Positions 12,115 through 21,633 of a DNA stretch of 64,000 bases are shown in pieces. A model generated the notes under the pieces. That model ran no database searches, was not told where the DNA came from, and saw only the letters and a program-made list of their open reading frames with translations. Position 1 is the stretch's first letter. Each line of letters opens with the position of its first letter. The translations under genes were made by a program, and so were the position numbers. Source of the DNA: Octopus sinensis (lineage: Eukaryota); contig NC_043002.1 of NCBI RefSeq assembly GCF_006345805.1, positions 372,001 through 436,000 of the forward strand, given 5' to 3'.

Positions 12115-14439
12115 TGAGGACTACTGACCAGACCTAAGGTGACATGGTGGTGGAACAATGTAGTTGACAAGGCCATTAGAAAAAAGAAATAGGCATGGAA
12201 GGACTGGAAGTGTGGTGGTGCCAGAGAAAAGTAGCAGATTGCCAGAAGGGAAGCGAAGAGACAGGTTTACTTAGCCACAAGAGAAGCAGATAAGAAACAT
12301 TTGCCAATGTTCTGCATCATGAGGACCAGAGACTTGTGTTTCAAATTGCAAGACTGTGTGACAGAAAATCGCAGTGTCGTAGGAGAGAAATGTATCCGCA
12401 TGGATGATGGCTCGTTTGCGTTTAATGATGCTGCAAAGGAAGAGACTTAGAGAAACCATTATGAAATGTTGCTAAATGAAGAGAATGAATGGAAGAGAGC
12501 CTGCCAAATGTTGACACAATAGAGGGACCAGCTATTCGAATTGAAAGTACCTTGGTAGAAAAAGCAATTAAAGGCATGAAGACAAAGAAAGCTCCTGGCC
12601 CATCAGGAATCACTACTAAGATGCTTAAAATATCTGGCGGTGTAGGCTACAGTCTGGTCACCTGTATAGTTAACCAGGTGATACACAGAGCAGTCATACC
12701 CAATGACTGGTGTAGCACCACAAAGGTATCAAGTGAGGAAAGTCACTGAGAGGGTCATAGCCCAACTAATTAGGGAGAGAGTTAGTTTAGATGAGATGCA
12801 GTTTGGGTTTGTGCCAGGGAGAAGCACCACTGATGCTATATTTCTGGTAAGGCAGCTGTAGGAGAAATTCTGAGCCAAAGATAAACCTCTGTACCAGGCT
12901 TTCATTGACATGGAAAAAGCCTTTGATAGGGTCCTCCAATCCCTTTTCTGGTGGTCAATGAGGAAACTGGTTGGTAAGAGCTGTACAAGCCATGTACAGG
13001 GATGCTGTCAGTAAGGTGAGAGTTGACAACAAGTATAGTGCAGAATTCTGGGTAGAGGTAGGAGTCCACCAAGAATCAGTCCTCAGCCCCCTCTTATTCA
13101 TCACAGTCCTCCAGGCAATAACAGAGGAATTCAAGACAGGCTGTTCCTGTGAGCTCCTCTATGCTGATGACTTTGCTCTAATAGCCGAGTCACTACCAGA
13201 ACTAGAGACGAAGTTTCAAGTGTGGAAGCAAGGATTAGAATCGAAGGGCCTTAGAATCAATCTCAAAGTCCTAGTAAGTAGGAAGGCTGTCAAATCACAA
13301 ACCCCTTCAGGTAGATGACTCTGCTTGACCTGTAGAAAAGGTGTGGGTAGAAACTCCATAAAATGTACCTGGTGTAAGCTATGGACACATAAGACGTGCA
13401 ACAATATCAAAGGAAGGTTAACTGGGAAGATAGTTTTTGTGTGTGGCAGATGCTCGGGTGCCATAAACACCAAAGATGTACAGAAAACAAGATTTCATCA
13501 CATGCCAGGGGAAGAAACTAGAAGTAGGTGACCAAATCTGTAGCGGGGGTGGATGCTCTGAGAATGTTGCCACTAGAATAAGAATAGCCTGAGCAAAGTT
13601 CAGAAAGTTCCTACTTCTGCTGCTAACAAATGGCCTCTCACTCAGAGTGAAAGGTAGACTGTATGATGCATGTGTGCAAACAGTTGTGCTACACAGCAGT
13701 GAAACATGGGCCATGACTGTTGAGGACATACGTAGGCTTGAAAGGAATGAAGCTAGTATGATCCACTGGATGTGTAATGTTAATGTACATGTTCAACAGA
13801 GTGTAAGCATCTTGAGAGAAAAGTTGGACATAAGAAGCATTAAATGTGATGTGCAAAAGAGACAACTGTGCTGGTATGGTCATGTGCTGCATGAAGGAGT
13901 ATCCCACCCTTACTGTGGAAGGAACCTGTGCAAGAGGGAGACCCAGGAAAACATGGGATGAGGTGGTGAAGGATGACCTTCGAACATTGGGACTCACAGA
14001 GGCAATGACAAGAGACCGAAACATTTGGAGATATGCTGTGATTGAGAAGACCCGGCGAGTAAAGTAAGATCACAGCCATGGCTGATACCAGTGTCACATA
14101 ACCAGCCCATTTAAAAGTGTGCTTGAGAAAACCTATTGAGTCAAGTAAAATCAAACTGGAAATTGTAGTTGTGGCTGATGTCAGTGGCACCTGACTGGCA
14201 CCTGTGCTGGTCGCACGTAATAAACACCATTCAAGCGTGAGTTGATGACAGCGCTGCCTAACTGGCTCCTTGTGCTGGTGGCACGTAAAAAGTACCCACT
14301 AAACTCTCAGAGTGGTTGGCATTAGAAAGGGCATCCAGCAGTAGAAACCTTGCCAGATCAGACTGGTGCAGCCTACTGGCTTGCCAGTCCTCAGTCAAAC
14401 TGTCCAACCAATGGAAAACAGATGTTAAACGATGATGAT
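12115..14439 (+). mobile_element. 5'-truncated RTE LINE (linker, RT, C-terminus, 3' UTR)
   Basis: PKVTWWWN, KKAPGPSG, GVHQESVLSPLLF, LLYADD, HSSETW and WYGHVL with stops and frameshifts; (GAT)n tail. Confidence 0.88.
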
Positions 14440-14794
14440 TGAAATATTTCTATAGTGTTGAAGTGACAGCCAGCCTCCTATGTTGTCACAGGAATAGTAT
14501 TTCTGAAACAAACACAATAGATTAACCATAGCTAGAACACCTTTCGGTCATAAGGCTAGTTGTTTAATACTGACCTAAACAAAAACAATAAATCAAATGC
14601 AGTTCATATAAAGCAAAAAGAATAGAGATTTAATTCAAAAACAAAAACAAAAAACATTCAGTGAGATTTAAGATAATCCTAATCCTGCTCATCTCTGCAG
14701 TTCATAGTTTCTTTTTTAATTTTACCTGTTTTCTGATTTTCATCAATTCTGTTATTGTTTTTATCCCTTCAAATTTCACACTTCATAATTAGGA

Positions 14795-14884
14795 TTATTC
14801 TAAAGGATCTTCACTGCGTTTACTGTAAGCCTCCTGAAAATAGGCTCCAAGGTTTTCAAGATCTTTTGGTCCTTTTATTACTCC
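14795..14884 (-). CDS. MNS1: MNS1 (meiosis-specific nuclear structural 1; axonemal microtubule inner protein), last coding exon
   Basis: Acceptor taatAG. Encodes GVIKGPKDLENLGAYFQEAYSKRSEDPLE*, continuing GYLPK|G as in human GYLPK|GVFKKEDDIDLLGEEFRKVYQQRSE. Too short for the ORF track. Confidence 0.88.
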   Translation of the reverse strand, partial: GVIKGPKDLENLGAYFQEAYSKRSEDPLE

Positions 14885-15009
14885 CTATTAAAACAACAAA
14901 AACAATAAATAGTGATTTCATTGTAGTCAGCAGTTTCAGTTCTATCTTCATGTCATCTTGGCTCCTATCAACCTCGAGGTGGCCTTTATCAAGGTTCCTT
15001 GCTCAGTGA

Positions 15010-15870
15010 AGAAGCTAGGAATAGATGAGTGAATTGAGAGAGCTATGTAACGAGGAATTCAGTAGAAAGAGAGGGGCTCTGTGCTCAGACTCCTCGGTTC
15101 ATTGTAAGACTTCCAAGCCTGAGCAGAGTAGTTTCAGATAAGTTACCCTGGGAACACTTTTATGCTGTTCTTGTAATTGAATCAATGGTATGGTCATATG
15201 ATGCATATGGACGAGGACAGCTGTGTGAAGAAGTACCGATCCCTAAAGGTAGAGGGAACTTGTGGAAGAGGCAGACCCAGGAAGATATGGGATGAGGTGG
15301 TAAAGCATGACCTTTGAACACTGGGTCACATGGAGGAGATGACAAGTGACTGAGACTTTTGGCAATATGCCATGCTTGAGAAGACCCGTCAAGCCTAGAG
15401 AAATCGCAGACATAGCTGATATCAGTGACACATAATACCCTTCGAACATTAGGTGGTATGCTGTGCTTGAGAAGACCCATCAAGCCAAGTGAAATCATAT
15501 TCATGCCCGATGCCATTGCTGCATAACTGGCTTCCATACCAGGGACATGTAAAAAGCACCCTTCAAACTTTGGGCCTCACAAAGGCAGTGGCAAGTGACT
15601 GAGACCTTTGGCAATATATTGTGCATGAGAAGACCCTCAAGCTAAGTGAGATCATAGTTGTGGCTGATGCCAGTGATTTGTACCTGGCACCCATGTCGGT
15701 CACATGCAAAAAGTACCCACAACACCCTTTTGGAGTGGTTGGCATTAGGAAAGGAAATCCAGCTATTGAAACCATGCCAAATTATATTGCAACTTGGTGC
15801 AGCTCTCCAGCTTACCAGTTTTCAGTCAAGCTGTCCAACTCATGCCATCATGGAAAGACAGATGGTAAGA
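15010..15870 (+). mobile_element. RTE LINE 3' fragment with a triplicated ORF-end/UTR module
   Basis: WYGH...RGRPRKIWDEVVK, then three gcttgagaagacc modules and the tail. Confidence 0.7.
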
Positions 15871-15984
15871 TTAGAAAAGAAAATCCAGACACTGAAACAG
15901 AACCCAGAATTGAGAGGAATTTTTGTAAAGATTGAAGACAAGAGGATGCAACCTTGAGGGAAAGAACTCAGTTTGATATGTAGA

Positions 15985-16620
15985 AGGAGTAGACAGAAGT
16001 TCCATACAATGTACTCAGAGTAAACCTTGAATGTTTAAGAGGTTTAGTAGGATCACATATGGGGTTCTCACATGTTGCTGGGTGCACAGTGGCAATAAGT
16101 AATAACACAGGTGAAACAGATTCTCTCAAATGCCCAGGTGGCTCTCTAGAAGTAGTTACAAGCTTCTCTTATTATGAGGACCAAATTAGCCTAGAAACCA
16201 GAGTAAGAGCTGGTTGAAAAAACTTCAGGGAGCTGTTAACTCTGCTGGCAATAAAGGGTTTACCTCTTAGACATTGTATAATACTAGTGTGTGCAGTGTG
16301 ATGCTGCAAGGTAGTGAGATGTATGTTTTGAACACAGAGACTTTGTGAAGACTAGAAATAAATAAAACAGACATGCTCCAGCGGATGTGAAATACCAGAA
16401 GACAAAAGAACTGAGAGAAAAACTGACCAGAAGAGGAATCGGATATGTGCAAGAGAATGGAACCTGTGAAAGAGAGAGAGAGATTTGAGAGATAGTAGCA
16501 AGTGATGATGAGACAGAATTGAGATTGTTACATTTTATGTCGGAGATGACCAAGGGATAAGGTGGTGAAGACTGACCCCAGGACTTTGAACTTCATAAAG
16601 GAGATAACAAAGGATCAGGA
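15985..16620 (+). mobile_element. Highly degenerate RTE ORF2 remnant
   Basis: Decayed CPGGSLEVV, KNFRELL and GSE segments collinear with other copies. Confidence 0.5.
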
Positions 16621-17373
16621 TGGCTAGAAATAAACACTCACTCACCTCAGTGAAACAGAGTTCTGCTAGAACTTTGTGTGTGTGTGTATATGTATGTATA
16701 TACATACATGTATAACTGGGTCCTTCACACAATATCTTTCCACTTCAAGACACCCATGACCACTGCCACCCTTCACCTTCCTAACGAGTTCTTCAATACC
16801 ACTTGACTTGGTATCCATTAATAAAGTTCTCTCCATACACACTTTTGCTGATCAACCACCCACCCCAACTGTGCCACTAAATTATCTCACCCCACCACAT
16901 ATTTCACCTACCTGCCTCTTCTCCATCCACCCCTACAACCTACCCACAAACTTATCATCTCTCTTTTGTTCTGTCTACTGTATCCTCATTTTCTTCCCTG
17001 CTGCCCTGCAACATCAGACATTCCCTACTCACCCATACACTCTAAGCCCTTTCCCCACTCATTCTTATCCACTTTGTACCTTGAAGTCCACCCTAACACT
17101 TCATCACCACTATTTTTATTGCTATTCAGCTCCACTCAATCGCCCCAGCCTTTCTCTGCATGATCCTGTAGCACCTCTACTGTAAGAAACAGGATCTGCT
17201 CCAGCCCGTTTCTTTGATACTTTACTTCTCTCTATTTCTCACACTTCATGCATAAAGATCCTGCTCCTCACAATCTGGAGTTCTGTAAAGATGCATGGAA
17301 CCCTCACTAGGGCAGGTAGCATGCAATAAAAAAACTGAAAAGAACATAGTACACACTATAAAGTGGTTGGTAT

Positions 17374-17648
17374 TGTGGTGTGGTGATGAAGGAGTGTGAC
17401 GGGATGGGCGGGAGCGGAAGTGATGCTTACAGGTCTTGCAGGGCGCATGCGCCGGCGGAAGCGGAAGCGACAGACTCAACGCACATGCGGCATCGACCGG
17501 CTGCGACAGACCCCAGCAAGGCACCGAGACGACAACACGCGAGCAAGTTGGCTGAAGGCCATCCGACTTCATCCCCTGTCAGGTAAAACCTTATTGCACT
17601 TCTGTTTCCTATTTCCTTGTTTCCGTTGTGCTCCTTTCATCAACCACA
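17374..17648 (+). repeat. 5' LTR
   Basis: Starts TGTGGTGTGG and ends AACCACA. Differs from the 3' LTR at 4 of 275 positions. Confidence 0.96.
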
Positions 17649-17660
17649 AGCTATTTCGGC
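17649..17660 (+). promoter_or_regulatory. Putative non-canonical primer-binding site complementary to tRNA-Phe nt 1-12
   Basis: AGCTATTTCGGC abuts the LTR end. Its reverse complement GCCGAAATAGCT is the 5' end of conserved metazoan tRNA-Phe(GAA). Confidence 0.7.
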
Positions 17661-17692
17661 ATTTAGTCAGCGTTCACATTTTTTTCAACACG

Positions 17693-18456
17693 ATGTTGGC
17701 AAAAATTAGGATTGCCAGTGACGTCGTCAGACCTTTTAACGGCGAAGGCGATGTAGTGGCCTGGATTCAGAAAATCAGGCTGGTGGCGAGACTGCAGGGC
17801 ATAAGCGACGTGGCGAGTCTTATGGCCCTGTATTTGGAAGGAAGTGCGTTGTCACTTTACCTAGAAATGGACGAAAAAGAACGGCTCTGCGATGGGAATA
17901 TAGAGCGGCGCTTGTGTGACGCATACACGGATGCGAGTACACAGCTTTCGCTAAGCTGGGTGCAATCAGGTGGACGGGAGGCCAGGTGGATGATTTTGCG
18001 GCGGAAGCTAGAAGGCTAGCGACTCTGGCCGGGTTTGCCGGAGAAGGACTGGAGAGAGCAGCCCGACTGGCATTCGTAAATGGGTTCCCCGATGATGTAG
18101 GGATTCACCTACAACAACTGCCCGGGGTCAAAAAGATGCCATTGAGCGAGCTTGTAACTCATGCTCGCGGGTTGACGAGACACTCGGGGCGGAAGGGGAT
18201 AGCGATGGCGGTGACGGAGGCGCGTAAAGACGGACGACGTCCCGAGAAAGAGGTACGGAAGCCCACCGTGCAACGAGAGCGGCCGTTCTCAGGACGATGT
18301 TTTAAATGCCAGGGACCGCACATGGCGCGGGACTGTACGCAGCTGGGGCCAGTTTGCTATCGATGCAGGCAGACAAGGCACATTGCCCGTAATTGCGGCC
18401 AGGGAAACGACCGCGGGGAAGTTGCTGCCTCTCGAACTTTCCCCTCAAATGAGTAG
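17693..18456 (+). pseudogene. gag: gag (frameshifted near 17933) with two zinc knuckles
   Basis: ATG at 17693 gives MLAKIRIASDVVRPFNGEGDVVAW; a 1-nt frameshift leads into FAKLGAIRWTG..DDFAAEARRLA. Knuckles CFKCQGPHMARDC and CYRCRQTRHIARNC. Stop TAG at 18454-56. Confidence 0.85.
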
Positions 18457-18460
18457 AGGC
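18402..18460 (+). promoter_or_regulatory. Programmed -1 ribosomal frameshift signal (slippery heptamer plus predicted H-type pseudoknot)
   Basis: G GGA AAC in the gag phase at 18402-08, 6-nt spacer, stem 1 18415-23/18435-44 and stem 2 GCCTCT 18427-32/AGAGGC 18455-60. pol lies in the -1 frame. Confidence 0.8.
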
Positions 18461-21322
18461 GCTATTGGAGACACTGCCAGTGATTGACGTGGAGGCCGAG
18501 GGGGAGACGTTCAAGGCCCTTGTGGATACGGGCTGTACGACCACCCTGGTGACTTCGAGGGTGACGAAGGAATGGAACGGGGTGTGTAGTGTCCGGGCGG
18601 TCGACGGCAGCGAAATCCGTTGCAGAGGCAGCAGCACGGTAGAGATAGTGGTGCGCGGCGCGACACTAAGGCTACAGGCAATTGTGGCCGAACGCGTGAT
18701 AAATGGAGTTGATGTGGTGATGGGGATGGACGCCATCAACTGCCTCGGTGGCGTCAGCGTTGTGGGAAATAAGGTCACATTCGGAAGCGTGGGGGCGTCG
18801 TGCACTGCGAGTCAGGATCACCAGAGGGAGCAGAGCCTCGCGAGGGACGGCGCCACTTACACCATCGAGGACAAGGACTTTCAGGCGGCGTTCGATGGTC
18901 AGCGGTGGACGATAGAGTGGAAATGGAAGGACGAGCCCCCGACACTGGAGAACAGGGTGAGCTGTTACCAGCATACTCTGAAAGGCCACGCCAGGGTTGA
19001 GTTTGAAGACGAGGTGGAGAGGTGGATCGAGGAAGGGATCCTTGTCCCTTGGAAGGAGGAGGTAGCGGGCGGAGTGCTACCCCTGATGGCGGTGGTGCAG
19101 CCTACGAAGGGAAAAGTCAGACCGGTGCTGGACTTCAGGGAGTTAAACCAGCACATATCGTGTCACACGGCAGGTGAGGCGACAGACGTTTGTGGTGAGG
19201 CATTACGCAAGTGGAGACAGTCGACTGAGGCAGCGACGATTGTCGACTTGAGATCGGCATACTTGCAGCTCCATGTGAGCGACAAACTATGGCGATATCA
19301 GCTGGTGCGGTACAAGGGCCGGACGTACTGTCTAACCAGGCTGGGTTTCGGGATGAATTCTGCTCCGAAGATCATGTCGGCAGTGCTTAGGTCCGTCCTA
19401 GGGAAAGACGGCAAGATTAGAAAGGCCACCAGCTCCTACATTGACGACATTTTGGTGGACGAAACTGTAGTGGCAGCCGACGAAGTAGTGAGACATCTGG
19501 AGAAGTTCGGACTGATTGCTAAGCCGCCGGAGTCGATTGAAGGGGGAGCCGCGCTGGGGCTGAAGCTGCGAAGAGATAGATCAGGTGAATTGGTGTTCCG
19601 GAGAGGAAATGAAATCCCAGAGCTGAGTTCCAGCGTCAGCAGGAGAGAGCTGTTCTCGGTGTGTGGGAAGTTGGTCGGTCACTACCCGATCGCTGGATGG
19701 CTGCGCACGGCGTGTAGTTACACCAAGAGACGAGCAGAAGGAGAGAGGTGGGGCGACAAGGTGGGAGAAGGGACGGTGGCGATGATGCAGGAGATCCTAG
19801 AGAGGACAAGAGCGGAAGACCCGGTCAGGGGGAACTGGTACGTGCCCAGGACGAAATGCGGGACTGTCTGGTGTGATGCTAGCAGTATAGCGATAGGGGT
19901 GGTGTTGGCAATCGAAGGCACTGCGGTGGAGGACGCGGCCTGGCTTCGGAAAGCAGATGATTTCAACCACATCAATGTCGCCGAACTAGACGCGCTGCTG
20001 AAAGGGGTGAACTTGGCCTTGAAATGGGGGCTGCGCACGATTGAAATGCGGACGGATTCGGCCACTGTGCTTGGCTGGGTAGGATCAGTGATCACCGGTG
20101 ACAGGAGAGTGCGGACGAAAGGTGCTGCGGAGATGTTAGTGAAGCGCCGTCTAGGAGTTCTAGGTGAATGATCGCCGAATTCGGACTGAAGCTGAACGTG
20201 GTCTTCGTGCCTTCGGAGAAAAACAAGGCGGACGTACTGACCAGGGTGAAAAGGGCGTGGTTGGAAGAACCGGAGGAGGCGCGGAGAGGGATAGCTGCGG
20301 CGTGTCGGTTGGATGACTCCGAGCTGAAGAAATTGCACGCTATGCATCACCTGGGTGTGGACAGGACCCTGTATCTGGCAAAAAAGATTGATGCTGACGT
20401 GACCAGGAGAAGCGTCCGGAAGGTGGTCGGGAGCTGCGACAGGTGTCAGTCCATCGACCCTGCTCCGTGTGGGCATGAACAGGGAAGCCTTTCCGTGGAG
20501 CAGAACTGGAAAAGGCTAGCTGTGGATGTGACACACTACCGTCAGCGAACGTATCTCTCCATGGTCGACTGTGGGCCGGGCCGGCTGGCCATTTGGAGGG
20601 AGTTGAGATCGGGCATTGCTGACGAGATCGTGCAGATCCTGAACGGGATATTTTTAGAGAGAGGTCCCGTGGAAGAACTACTGATGGACAACGGGGCGGC
20701 ATTTCGTTCGGAAGCATTGAGGGTTATGCTTGATCGGTGGAACGTGCGACGCTTGTTCAGAGCAGCGTATAGGCTGGGCGGTAACGGGATCGTGGAGAGG
20801 CACCATCGGACAATCAAGGCCATAGCGGAAAGAGGGCACATTTCGCCGCTTGAAGCAGTTTTTTGGTACAACTTGTCTCCCCGATCCGGACAGGCTGAGG
20901 AATCGGTGCCACACAGAGCAATATTCAGGTACGAGTGGAGGCATCCGTGTACTAAATCAATGCAACCCGGGGCAGAGGAAGAGCACGCCTTCGTGCGGGT
21001 CGGGGAGGAAGTCTGGATAAAACCCCCAAACGCACGGTGTACATCGCAATGGGGAAAGGGGACAATAACCTCCGTAAATTCGAAGAATAACATCTCCATC
21101 GATGGTATGCCACGCCACGTTTTGGACATACGGAGGATTGTCCATGCCCCAGAGGATGGGACAAGCAACAGTGGGCAGGACGAAAACAACCGACAGGATG
21201 ACGAGGTCGACAGCAACACACCAGAAACAAGTCCTAGGGTCGCGCTGCGACCACAGAGGGAGCGGCACCCTCCTCCCTGGCTGGCTGATTATGAAACCAG
21301 TTTCGGGTGCGGGAGCGAGTGA
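18402..21322 (+). pseudogene. pol: pol: aspartic protease, RT, RNase H, integrase (in-frame TGA at 18450; frameshift near 20168)
   Basis: PR ALVDTGC; RT VLDFRELN, VDLRSAYLQL, RLGFGMNSAP, YIDD; RH WCDAS, HINVAEL, RTDS, NKADVLT; IN HHCC plus D-D(35)E (VDV, MDNG, IVERHH). Confidence 0.92.
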
Positions 21323-21344
21323 GGAAGCCGGCTCAGTGATTTAT

Positions 21345-21358
21345 AGATCAGGGGGGCA
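21345..21358 (+). promoter_or_regulatory. Polypurine tract
   Basis: AGATCAGGGGGGCA immediately before the 3' LTR TG. Confidence 0.7.
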
Positions 21359-21633
21359 TGTGGTGTGGTGATGAAGGAGTGTGATGGGACGGGCGGGAGC
21401 GGAAGTGATGCTTACAGGTCTTGCAGGGCGCATGCGCCGGCGGAAGCGGAAGCGACAGACTCAACGCACGTGCGGCATCGACCGGCTGCGACAGACCCCA
21501 GCAAGGCACCGAGACGACAACACGCGAGCAAGTTGGCTGAAGGCCATCCGACTTCATCCCCTGTCAGGTAAGACCTTATTGCACTTCTGTTTCCTATTTC
21601 CTTGTTTCCGTTGTGCTCCTTTCATCAACCACA
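21359..21633 (+). repeat. 3' LTR
   Basis: Direct repeat of 17374-17648, followed by the GGTAT TSD. Confidence 0.96.

Larger units (their letters stand above)
17374..21633 (+). mobile_element. Full-length compact LTR retrotransposon (gag, PR-RT-RH-IN order, Ty3/gypsy-like), 4260 bp, with disabling lesions
   Basis: Two 275-bp TG...CA LTRs, GGTAT target-site duplication on both sides, polypurine tract before the 3' LTR, and recognisable gag/pol motifs. Confidence 0.96.

Noticed and set aside
17396-17692. ORF running through the 5' LTR into gag
   Set aside because: The upstream part is LTR/PBS sequence, also open in the 3' LTR. The recognisable Gag starts at ATG 17693.
19718-21219. Long antisense ORFs (252 and 225 aa) within the LTR element
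   Set aside because: They are shadow ORFs of GC-rich pol with no recognisable motifs. There is no env-like or accessory ORF.
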